Assembly (NCBI GenBank): GCA_965278985.1
Contig: OZ257131.1
Span: 376,040-440,039, forward strand
Source of the DNA: Burkholderiaceae bacterium
GTDB taxonomy: Bacteria > Pseudomonadota > Gammaproteobacteria > Burkholderiales > Burkholderiaceae_C
Reading direction: 5' to 3'
DNA length: 64,000 nucleotides
Positions within the stretch are counted from its first letter, which is position 1; each line of letters begins with the position of its first letter. Of this stretch, positions 30,838 to 41,546 are shown piece after piece. Under the pieces are notes generated by a model, which ran no database searches, was not told the DNA's origin, and saw only the letters and a program-made list of their open reading frames with translations. The translations under genes and the position numbers were made by a program.

Positions 30838-31051
30838 ACGTGGCATGCGCCGCGACGGTGCAGGCGCCAACACATCTGCTGTGGAAGGCGGACGCTCACA
30901 GGTCAGGGGTTGGGACGAGAGTCCGCCCCGCCGGTGTGCGGCATCCGGATACGTCCTTGGGTGCTGCACATGCCGCGCCGCTGGAAGCAGCCGATACGGG
31001 GCACCAAAGGTTGTGCATACATGCACCGGGTTCGAGTCCCGGGTGACCCGC

Positions 31052-31124
31052 CATTGGATAGCTCAATGGTAGAGCAACGACCTCATAAGTCGTGTGTCGC
31101 GGGTTCAACTCCCGCTCCAAACCA
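31052..31124 (+). other. tRNA-like element / probable tRNA pseudogene (Met/Ile2-type cloverleaf, CAT anticodon loop) with disrupted acceptor-stem top
   Basis: D-arm GCTC-AATGGTA-GAGC. Anticodon arm ACGAC-CTCATAA-GTCGT. T-arm GCGGG-TTCAACT-CCCGC. 3' TCCAAAC. The 5' CATTGGA gives only 5 of 7 acceptor pairs (1:72 C-C, 2:71 A-A) and no proper CCA. It directly abuts an upstream T-arm+acceptor+CCA-like fragment at 31026..31053. Confidence 0.45.
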
Positions 31125-31432
31125 CTGGACTGGAAATCCAGCAACCAACGGTCGAAAGACCACGCCGAACGCGGACTGAGATGGATCGCGTCTGGGGCAG
31201 AGCCAAGTGCCATGTCCTTGACCAGAGAAACCTTGGCCCGTCAGCGGTGACGGCCCGTCCACGGAACCCGCCCGTCCTGCGCCCACGTCCAGCCGAGGTG
31301 GCCCCACCCAAGGGGCTGCCAACGCGCCGCGTGGTGCCCAGGCCATGGCACTCCGTGTCCACCGCCATCCCTGTAACGGCACCTATTCAGCCAACAAGAA
31401 GCACACAACGAGAAAGAAGAAGGAGAGTGACC

Positions 31433-32569
31433 ATGAAGTTCCAACGTATCACCGTGAAGAAGAACGAGCGCGGCCTGCTGCTGCGCAATGGCGATTTCGA
31501 GCGCGTGCTGCAACCCGGCACGCACTGGCTGTTCGCCGGCATCGATAGCCTGCGCGTCGAGACCTTCGCGCTGGAGCAGCCGGCGTTCACGCATGCGCTG
31601 GCCGACTACCTGATGGCCAAGGAGCCCGCAGTGGTGGCCGCCGAGTTCGTGCGCGTCGAACTCACCGAAACGCAGGTCGGCCTGCGCTCGGAGAACGGTG
31701 CGCTGGTCGAGGTGCTGACACCGGGCACCCGGCGCCTGTACTGGAAGGGCCTGGTGGATGTGCGTGTCGAGGTGATCGACATTGCGACGTCGGCCGAGGT
31801 GCCTGCTGCCGTGGTGGCGCGCCTGGTGCAGACGCAGATGCGCCAGCGCGCGGTGGCGGGCCTGGCCGGTGTGCTGCAGGTGCAGGTGCCTGAACACGGC
31901 GCCGGCATCCTGTGGGTCGACGGCAAGGTCGAACGCCTGCTGGCGGCGGGTTCCTACGCCTTCTGGAAGTTCAACCGCAACGTGGCGGTGGATGCGGTGG
32001 ACCTGCGGTTGCAGGCCGTCGAAGTGGCGGGCCAGGACATCCTGACCCGCGACAAGGTGGGCCTGCGGCTGAACCTGTCGGCCACCTGGCGCTACACCGA
32101 CGTGCTGCGCGCCTACACGCAAATCGCGAAGCCCGCGGAGCACCTGTACCGCGAGCTGCAGTTCGGCCTGCGTGCGGCCGTGGGCACCCGCACGCTCGAC
32201 GAGCTGCTGGAGAACAAGACGGTGATCGACGAGGTCGTCACCACCCACGTGTCCACCCGGCTCGCGGCCTATGGCATCGCGCTGGAAGGCGTGGGCGTGA
32301 AGGACATCGTGCTGCCGGGCGAGATGAAGACCATCCTGGCCCAGGTGGTGGAGGCCGAGAAGGCGGCCCAGGCCAACGTGATCCGCCGGCGCGAGGAAAC
32401 CGCGGCCACGCGTTCGCTGCTCAACACGGCCAAGGTGATGGAGGGGAACCCCGTCGCCCTGCGCATGAAGGAGCTGGAGACGCTGGAACGCGTGGCCGAG
32501 CGCATCGACAAGATCTCCGTGTTCGGAGGTCTGGACCAGGTGCTCAACGGGCTGGTGAAGCTGCGCTGA
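31433..32569 (+). CDS. SPFH/band-7 (stomatin-prohibitin-flotillin-HflK/C) family protein
   Basis: ORF trimmed to Met 31433 (MKFQRITVKKNERGLLLRNGDFERVLQPGTHW...). RBS AAGGAGAG upstream. Band-7 core followed by a coiled-coil C-terminus. About 300-nt structured leader. Confidence 0.75.
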   Translation: MKFQRITVKKNERGLLLRNGDFERVLQPGTHWLFAGIDSLRVETFALEQPAFTHALADYLMAKEPAVVAAEFVRVELTETQVGLRSENGALVEVLTPGTRRLYWKGLVDVRVEVIDIATSAEVPAAVVARLVQTQMRQRAVAGLAGVLQVQVPEHGAGILWVDGKVERLLAAGSYAFWKFNRNVAVDAVDLRLQAVEVAGQDILTRDKVGLRLNLSATWRYTDVLRAYTQIAKPAEHLYRELQFGLRAAVGTRTLDELLENKTVIDEVVTTHVSTRLAAYGIALEGVGVKDIVLPGEMKTILAQVVEAEKAAQANVIRRREETAATRSLLNTAKVMEGNPVALRMKELETLERVAERIDKISVFGGLDQVLNGLVKLR

Positions 32570-32649
32570 ACACACACAAGGAATGCACCCTCGGGTGCGT
32601 GATGGGGGAGGCTGCATCGGCAGCCTCCCCAGTACAAGGAGAATGAACC

Positions 32650-33879
32650 ATGGAAGAAGAAACCCCCTATATCCAGGAAAACATCCCCGGCGGCGTGCCG
32701 GTGAAGATGTGGACACGCGGCGTGCCCGTGGAAGACGAGGCGCGCAAGCAGCTGGCCAACGCCGCACGCCTGCCCATCGTCTTCCCGCACGTGGCCGTGA
32801 TGCCCGACGTGCACCTGGGCATCGGTGCCACCGTCGGCTCGGTGATCCCCACCGTGAAGGCGATCATCCCCGCCGCGGTGGGTGTGGACATCGGCTGCGG
32901 CATGATGGCCTGCAAGACCACGCTGGTGGCGGCAGACCTGCCCGACAACCTGGGCCCGCTGCGCACGGCCATTGAACGCTCGGTGCCGCATGGCTCCACG
33001 CCGCGTGGCCGCGGGCGCGACCAGGGCAGCTGGGAGAATCCGCCCGAGACAGTGGACCAGGTCTGGGCCACGCTGGCGCCGGAGTTCGACGCGCTGTGCG
33101 AACTGCACCCGCGCCTGAAGAACACCAACAACCGCAAGCACCTGGGCACGCTGGGTGGCGGCAACCACTTCATCGAGGTCTGCCTGGACGAGGCCGGTGC
33201 TGTGTGGTTCATGCTGCACTCGGGCTCGCGCGGCGTGGGCAATGCCATCGGCACGCACTTCATCGCGCTGGCCAAGCAGGACGCTGAAGCGCACCAGCGC
33301 AATCTGCCGGACCAGGACCTGGCCTACTTCGAGGAAGGGGCCCGGTACTTCGGGGACTATGTGCGTGCCGTGGGCTGGGCGCAGAAGTTCGCGGCGCGCA
33401 ACCGCGAAGTGATGATGGCCAACCTGATTGCCACCGTGCGCACGGTGATCGCCAAGCCCTTCACCTCGCATGTGGTGGCGGTGAACTGCCACCACAACTA
33501 CGTGCAGCAAGAGCGCCACTTCGGTGAAGACGTGTTCGTCACGCGCAAGGGCGCGGTGAGTGCGAAGCGTGGCGAGCTCGGCATCATCCCCGGCAGCATG
33601 GGCGCGCGCAGCTACATCGTGCGCGGCCTGGGCAACCCGCAGAGCTTCGAGAGCTGCAGCCACGGCGCGGGCCGCATCATGAGCCGCACCAAGGCGAAGA
33701 AGCTGTTCACGGTGGCCGACCAGGTCAAGGCGACCGAGGGTGTCGAATGCCGCAAGGACGCCGACGTGATCGACGAGATTCCGCTGGCCTACAAGGACAT
33801 CGACGCCGTGATGGCCGCGCAGCGCGACCTGGTGGAGGTGGTGCACACCCTCAAGCAGGTGGTGTGTGTGAAGGGATGA
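32650..33879 (+). CDS. rtcB: RNA-splicing ligase RtcB (3'-phosphate/5'-OH RNA ligase)
   Basis: 409 aa, close match to the bacterial RtcB family. Metal/GTP-site residues (HxGxG, CxH) are present in FPHVAVMPDVHLGIGATVGSV...GTLGGGNHFIEV...VNCHHNYV...SCSHGAGR. Confidence 0.85.
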   Translation: MEEETPYIQENIPGGVPVKMWTRGVPVEDEARKQLANAARLPIVFPHVAVMPDVHLGIGATVGSVIPTVKAIIPAAVGVDIGCGMMACKTTLVAADLPDNLGPLRTAIERSVPHGSTPRGRGRDQGSWENPPETVDQVWATLAPEFDALCELHPRLKNTNNRKHLGTLGGGNHFIEVCLDEAGAVWFMLHSGSRGVGNAIGTHFIALAKQDAEAHQRNLPDQDLAYFEEGARYFGDYVRAVGWAQKFAARNREVMMANLIATVRTVIAKPFTSHVVAVNCHHNYVQQERHFGEDVFVTRKGAVSAKRGELGIIPGSMGARSYIVRGLGNPQSFESCSHGAGRIMSRTKAKKLFTVADQVKATEGVECRKDADVIDEIPLAYKDIDAVMAAQRDLVEVVHTLKQVVCVKG

Positions 33880-33919
33880 AAAAGGGGCGTTCGCCGTGAT
33901 GGAGAACGCCCCTTTTTTT
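33879..33919. terminator. bidirectional rho-independent terminator (AAAAAGGGGCGTTC...GAACGCCCCTTTTTTT)
   Basis: 9-bp GC-rich stem flanked by an A-run upstream and T7 downstream. Sits between the convergent rtcB gene and a small membrane-protein gene. Confidence 0.7.
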
Positions 33920-33957
33920 GCGCGCATGGCAGGCAGCCCCGCCCTGCAGCAGCTTCG

Positions 33958-34146
33958 CTACGATCTACCGGAGCGAGGGCCCAGCAGTAGCCAGAGGATC
34001 AGGCCCACGACCGGCAGCAGCAGGATCAGCACGATCCACAACACCTTCTTGCCCGTGCTCGCAGAGCTTTGGAACACATTGACGATCGCCCAGATGTCAG
34101 CAATCAGTATCAGCACCCCGAAGACGCTGCTTAACTCCAAACCCAT
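33958..34146 (-). CDS. small membrane protein, PLDc_N (phospholipase-D-like N-terminal) domain family
   Basis: 62 aa, two TM helices, ...ADIWAIVNVFQS...KKVLWIVLILLLPVVGLILWLLLG. Confidence 0.6.
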   Translation of the reverse strand: MGLELSSVFGVLILIADIWAIVNVFQSSASTGKKVLWIVLILLLPVVGLILWLLLGPRSGRS

Positions 34147-34286
34147 GGATTCCCCCTATCTGTTGTTGGTCACTGTTGACCAGAGCCTGGATCATCGGCC
34201 ACGCGCGTGCACGGTTGTGTAGGACACGAGGACGGGAAGACCGCAGCCTCCATCCCGATGATTTCGGCGGGGCGATGCCTGTGTGT

Positions 34287-35027
34287 TCAGGTCCGCAGTG
34301 TTCGGTCAAACAGCGCCAGCAACGCGGCCCAGCCACGATCCGCTGCAGCGGCGTCGTGGACCGGGAAATCCGGCACCATCCACCCGTGCATGGCGCCGCT
34401 GTACGTCTCGGTCTGGTATTGCACACCCGCCTTCGCCAACGCATCTTCCATGCGCGCAGCCATGGCCGGTGGATAGCTGTCGTCCTTGTCGGCGGCGGCG
34501 ATGTACAGCGTGGCAGCCAACCCGCCCACACGCAGGTGCGGGCTGGTGGGCGCGTCGGAGGCGAGGTTACCGCCGTGGAAGCTGGCCACTGCCGCGAAGC
34601 GCTGCGGGTAGGCGGCCGCCGCGGCAATGGCCATGCCGCCACCCATGCAAAAGCCGACCGCCCCGACCTTGGCGCCCGCGATGTCCTTGCGCGTGTCCAG
34701 ATAGGCCAGGAAGGCCCCGGTGTCCTCTGCCGCCTTGTCGGTGCCGGTGGTCGCCATCAGCGGACCGAGGATCGCCCCCACATCCCCCTTGAACACTTCC
34801 GCAGGAACGAGTGGAGCGTAGGGCCCGTAGCGGTAGTACAGGTCAGTTAGCAACACCACATGGCCGGCGTTGGCAAGACGCTGCGCCATGTCCAGCATCG
34901 CCGGCCGGATGCCGCCAGCGTCGCCGTAGAGGATCACTGCGGGCCATGGTCCATCGCCGCTGGGCGTCGTGATATAGGCGCGGCAGTCGCCGTCCTGGGT
35001 GTGGATGGAGACTTGTTCGATAGGCAT
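34287..35027 (-). CDS. dienelactone hydrolase family protein
   Basis: Trimmed to Met 35027 (MPIEQVSIHTQDGDCRAYITTP...). Nucleophile elbow GFCMGG. DLH fold. Confidence 0.75.
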   Translation of the reverse strand: MPIEQVSIHTQDGDCRAYITTPSGDGPWPAVILYGDAGGIRPAMLDMAQRLANAGHVVLLTDLYYRYGPYAPLVPAEVFKGDVGAILGPLMATTGTDKAAEDTGAFLAYLDTRKDIAGAKVGAVGFCMGGGMAIAAAAAYPQRFAAVASFHGGNLASDAPTSPHLRVGGLAATLYIAAADKDDSYPPAMAARMEDALAKAGVQYQTETYSGAMHGWMVPDFPVHDAAAADRGWAALLALFDRTLRT

Positions 35028-35232
35028 GGGTTCTTTCTGGCCTAGGTGGCGACTGGCCGATTGTTTGTGGGTAGAAAGCATACGCCGCGTGTCGGAGGGT
35101 TATGAGACCAGGCCCTGATGATGTTTCAGCAACACGCGGGCGTTTCCTTCGTCCCTCGCATCAAGGTCGGGTGCTCCGGCGGCGTGCGGGTGCTAACCTC
35201 GACTCAACATTCAAATTCCGGATAGGGCGCTA

Positions 35233-36774
35233 GTGATGAAGAGTGCACTTTTCGTCGACTTCGACAATGTCTTCTCCGGCCTTCGGCGGCTGGATCCGGC
35301 CGTGGCGGAACGCTTTGCCTTGCGGCCGCTGGCCTGGATTGACTGGCTTGCCCGATCGCTGCCCGCCCCGCCTCACGCGCCCGATGGCGCGGTTCGGCGA
35401 TTGCTGGTTCGTCGCTGCTATCTCAACCCGCAGGTTTACCAGCGCTTTCGTCCAGCCTTCAACCGCGCCGGCTTCGAAATCATCGATTGCCCCGCGATGA
35501 CCAGCGAAGGCAAGACAAGCACCGACATTCACATGGTGCTGGACATCGTCGAGCTGTTGCAGCACCAGGTCCACTACGACGAGTTCATCGTGTTCTCGGC
35601 AGATGCGGACTTTACGCCTGTCCTGCGCAAGCTGCGGCGCTGGGACCGGCGCACTACTGTCTTGGCCATCGGGTTTCCGTCGGCGGCGTACCAAGCGTCT
35701 GCCGATCTGCTGATTGACCAAGACGAGTTCGTTCGCGCTGGGCTTGGTTTCGTGGAAACCGAGCCTCAGGCACCGACGCCCGCCCCTCAACGTTCAAAGG
35801 GCGACGTGGCAAAGGACGTCAGTGCATATATCTCCAAGGCCGTGGCGGCCTCGGGCAAGGCGGTGTCGTTGCCGTGGCTTGCAAGCAAGCTGCCGACTGA
35901 GGTGGCAGGCCTCGACCCTGCGGACTGGGCGGGATACACCAATTTCAGGGCCTTGGTCGACGCGCTGAAACTCGACCCGCTTACCGTGCGATGGGACTTG
36001 GGCGTGGTGTCCGACCCTGCGCGTCATGAGGTCGCGGAACGTGGTACCACTCAGAACAAGGTCGCCGCATCGCCCGACAATCCCTTTGCGGGCTTGAGTC
36101 AGTTGATCCGCGAGGAGGTTCGCGCCGCGGGCCGCCCGATGCCCTGTGGTCGCCTTGCCCAAAGCATCATCGACAGGCAAGGCGCCATCGCGGCGGACTG
36201 GGGAGGCAAGGGCACTTTCCGGCGTCTCCTGGAGTCGCTCGACCTGCAACCACTATGCATCGATTGGGCCGTGGCAGGTGGCACCATTTCCGACCCTTCA
36301 TTCGTAAATGCCAGGTCCCCCGTTCCGGGCACGGAGGCAATGTCCGACTGGGGCCGCGACAACGACCTATTGCCCCTGATTAACCTTGTGCATGCGGCCA
36401 CGGGCTTGCCTCTGCTTTCTCCCGTCGAATTGTGGTCCGTGATGCACAGCCTTGCGCAGGATGTGGCACAGCAGCCATTCCAGCTTTCCGAGACCGGCAA
36501 GCGCGTAAGGGATCGCTGTCGCGACGATGGGCATGCAGTGGGTCGGAACGACGTTAGCTTCGTGTTGAAAGGTATCCATCTAGCCGGGCATGCCTTCGGA
36601 GCCGGTGCCGATGACGCAATGAGCTTGGCGAACAGATTTACCGACAGCGTGTTGGAACTCTGTCGGAGGGAACAACTGACGCTGGATGATGCACAGGTCG
36701 CGCAACTGCGCGATTGGAGCAGTCGCTGCCACGTACCTCATCGCAACGGCGTCTATCCTCCTGGTCAGCAATGA
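35233..36774 (+). CDS. NYN (PIN-like RNase) domain protein with C-terminal OST-HTH/LOTUS-like domains
   Basis: 513 aa. N-terminal LabA/NYN signature MMKSALFVDFDNVF...CPAMTSEGKTSTDIHMVLDIVE...FIVFSADADFTPVLRKLRR. Local GC is visibly lower than the surroundings. Flanked by AT-richer non-coding DNA on both sides. Confidence 0.65.
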   Translation: MMKSALFVDFDNVFSGLRRLDPAVAERFALRPLAWIDWLARSLPAPPHAPDGAVRRLLVRRCYLNPQVYQRFRPAFNRAGFEIIDCPAMTSEGKTSTDIHMVLDIVELLQHQVHYDEFIVFSADADFTPVLRKLRRWDRRTTVLAIGFPSAAYQASADLLIDQDEFVRAGLGFVETEPQAPTPAPQRSKGDVAKDVSAYISKAVAASGKAVSLPWLASKLPTEVAGLDPADWAGYTNFRALVDALKLDPLTVRWDLGVVSDPARHEVAERGTTQNKVAASPDNPFAGLSQLIREEVRAAGRPMPCGRLAQSIIDRQGAIAADWGGKGTFRRLLESLDLQPLCIDWAVAGGTISDPSFVNARSPVPGTEAMSDWGRDNDLLPLINLVHAATGLPLLSPVELWSVMHSLAQDVAQQPFQLSETGKRVRDRCRDDGHAVGRNDVSFVLKGIHLAGHAFGAGADDAMSLANRFTDSVLELCRREQLTLDDAQVAQLRDWSSRCHVPHRNGVYPPGQQ

Positions 36775-37018
36775 ATCTTCAGTCCCTGGCAATCTGAGCC
36801 ATGCTGACACATCCGCGTATACGGCTGCAGGTGCACAGTGGCGGGCCGGGGAAGAGAGTCGTCCGCTATGCGCGTGTCCGCGTTGTGGCTGTCTGGCTGA
36901 CTATGCGCTCCTTAAGACGCGAGTAACAAGTTTGAATGCGTTGGGGTTGGGGCTGGCGTTTGTTCGGAGGTGCCCATATGACGCGAATCTGGTGCGATGC
37001 GCTGCACCCGGGATTTAG

Positions 37019-37909
37019 CTATCGTCTTCGCAACGTCACCAGCCCCGCGCCCACCAGCAGCACGATGCCGATCCACGCCAGTGTGTTGGGCACATCCCCC
37101 CACACCATCCAGCCGATCAGCAGCGCAAAGATCAGCGACGCATAGCGGAAAGGGGCCACCACGCTGACCTTGCCGTGGCGCATGCCCACGACCACCAGGA
37201 AGTAGGCAATGCTGAGGAACAGGCTGGCGCAGGCCAGCAGGGCGAACTGCGTGGGACTGACAGCTTGCCACGGCTGCGCCAGGCTCATCACGCCGGAGAT
37301 CACCGTGACGGTCGATGCAGCGGCCAGCGTCACCACCAGCGAAGGCACGCTGGTGGGAATGCGGCGCGTGATCAGGTCGCGTGCCGTGTTGAACAGCGTG
37401 GCCAGCAGGCAGACCAGGGCCCAGGCGTTGAACCCTTCTGCGGCAGGCTGCACCACCAGCAGCACGCCGATGAAGCCCACCATGATCGCCATCCAGCGCA
37501 GGGGGCCCACATGCTCGCGCAGCATCCAGGCTGCAAAGAGTGTCATGAACAGCGGTGTGGCGGAGTTGATGGCCACCGCATTGCCGATGGGCATGTGGAA
37601 CAGCGCCGCCAGGTAGCCGAGCGTGCCGAATGCGTCGAGCGCCGAGCGCCACAGCACCGCCTTGTGGCCGGCCTGGCGCCGTCCACCCGGCGCGGCGGGC
37701 GCCGCCGGTGGGCGCAGGCGCCGCAGTGCCAGGGAGGTGGCCGTGAGCAGCAGCGTAGCGAAGATGCCGCGCAGGAAGATCAATTGGGCGGCGGGCAGGC
37801 CTTCGCTGATGTATTTGATCAGCGCATCGTTGACGATGAAGCTGGCCATGGCCAGCGTGATGGCAGTGATGCCGCGCCGGTTGGCCTCAGAGGCTGGGGT
37901 CAGGGGCAT
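37019..37909 (-). CDS. DMT-superfamily (EamA-like) transporter
   Basis: Trimmed to Met 37909 (MPLTPASEANRRGITAITLAMASFIVNDALIKY...). About 10 TM segments, two EamA repeats. Confidence 0.7.
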   Translation of the reverse strand: MPLTPASEANRRGITAITLAMASFIVNDALIKYISEGLPAAQLIFLRGIFATLLLTATSLALRRLRPPAAPAAPGGRRQAGHKAVLWRSALDAFGTLGYLAALFHMPIGNAVAINSATPLFMTLFAAWMLREHVGPLRWMAIMVGFIGVLLVVQPAAEGFNAWALVCLLATLFNTARDLITRRIPTSVPSLVVTLAAASTVTVISGVMSLAQPWQAVSPTQFALLACASLFLSIAYFLVVVGMRHGKVSVVAPFRYASLIFALLIGWMVWGDVPNTLAWIGIVLLVGAGLVTLRRR

Positions 37910-38026
37910 GGCGGGCGATCTTAGCTGCCTGTCCTGTGGGTGCCAGGCCGGCGCATGGTGATCGGGTAAATTCAAGACCTTCCACCCCGGCCTTCCCATC
38001 CGGCCCGCCGCCCCCATCTCTACGCC

Positions 38027-38776
38027 ATGCAAGACCTTTCACGCGCATTCAAGCTCAACGGTGCTTCCAACTTTCGCGACCTGGGGGGCTATACCGGACA
38101 TGGTGGGCGCAAGGTGCAGTGGCGCAAGATCTTTCGTTCGGACCACCTGGGAGCCCTGACGGAAGAGGACCTGCAGGAGCTCTCCGCGCTGGGCCTGTCG
38201 CGAGTCTGCGACTTTCGCGGCTCCAACGAGCGCGTGAGTTTTCCCTGCGCGATGCCGGGTGTGGAGGTGCACTCGCTGGCCATCGAGCCTTCCATCGTGC
38301 AGGGCATGCAGGACATGCTGAACGCCGGGCGCACGCTCACGGCAGACGACACGGTGCGCATGATGCAGGAGACCTATCGCAACTTCGTGCGCCGCAATGC
38401 GGACCGGTTCGCGGCGTTGTTCCACTTCCTGCTGCAGGATGACCGACCGCTGGTCTTCCACTGCACGGCGGGCAAGGACCGCACGGGTTTTGCGGCCGCG
38501 CTCATCCTCGAGACCCTGGGCGTATCGCGTGCTGACATCATGCAGGACTACCTGCTGACCAACGACCTGTTCAAGATGCCCGACACCACCACCAGCGCGC
38601 TGCCGATGGAGGTGCTGCAGGTGCTGTGGCGCGTGCAGGCGCCGTTCCTGGACGCGGCGATGCACGCGGTGGACGAGGACTACGGCGGTGTGGCGGGGTA
38701 CCTGGAAAAGGGCATGGGCATCGACGCGAAACAGCAGCAGCGGCTGGTGGAGACGTACCTGCAGCCTGCTGCCTGA
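38027..38776 (+). CDS. protein-tyrosine phosphatase family protein (Tyr_phosphatase_3-like)
   Basis: P-loop HCTAGKDRTG (CX5R). 249 aa. Confidence 0.75.
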   Translation: MQDLSRAFKLNGASNFRDLGGYTGHGGRKVQWRKIFRSDHLGALTEEDLQELSALGLSRVCDFRGSNERVSFPCAMPGVEVHSLAIEPSIVQGMQDMLNAGRTLTADDTVRMMQETYRNFVRRNADRFAALFHFLLQDDRPLVFHCTAGKDRTGFAAALILETLGVSRADIMQDYLLTNDLFKMPDTTTSALPMEVLQVLWRVQAPFLDAAMHAVDEDYGGVAGYLEKGMGIDAKQQQRLVETYLQPAA

Positions 38777-38804
38777 GCCCCGCGCGCACCGCACACCCCC
38801 CATG

Positions 38805-38842
38805 AAAAAGCCCCTGGCGCAGTGCCAGGGGCTTTGTTCTTT
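38805..38842. terminator. bidirectional rho-independent terminator (GCCCCTGGC-GCAGT-GCCAGGGGC with flanking A5 / T-rich runs)
   Basis: Sits between the convergent tyrosine-phosphatase gene (+) and rpoD (-). Confidence 0.7.
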
Positions 38843-38868
38843 GGGATGCCGGGCAGAGCCCGTGCGGG

Positions 38869-41250
<2,382 letters not shown>

Positions 41251-41546
41251 GGTGGGACCTCTGTACACATCACAAGGACACGGCCACCCGCACCGGAGGT
41301 ACGGACGGTTCTAGAACAGAAAACCAGGGTGCCGGCAAGATGTCTGGGCGAACATTTGGAGTGCAGTCCTTGCGGTGAGGTCGCCGGTCGTGAACTGGGT
41401 CATCGGTTGGCAGGGCCCGGAGGTGCTGCTGTCGCTCTTGCGCGAGTCAGCCGAGGATTATACCTCGACACGCAGTTGCAACACCCCGCGCGCAGGCCTC
41501 CGCACTTGTGCCCATCGCGGCGCGACCGCGCCTGGTTTCCTGAGAA

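Noticed and set aside
30201-30880. Prophage or integrative element
   Set aside because: Only a lone HNH gene. No integrase, excisionase, capsid or terminase, and no clear direct repeats identified by eye.
30880-31124. Group I intron or split tRNA interpretation of the tRNA 3'-half fragment
   Set aside because: No matching 5' exon (GGGTCAC-type acceptor strand) exists anywhere upstream in the window. The fragment is better explained as a partial duplication, att scar, or mimic.
30896-31213. 105-codon minus-strand ORF
   Set aside because: It is the translation of tRNA-like DNA (the ...GLERELNPRHTTYEVVALPLSY... signature of a T-arm/D-arm read as protein). Also 46269..46484(-) over tRNA-Val.
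30880-31432. Confident Y-RNA call
   Set aside because: No rsr/Ro60 (TROVE) gene, no rtcA or rtcR, and I cannot verify the Ro-binding helix consensus from memory. Kept only as a hypothesis in the findings.
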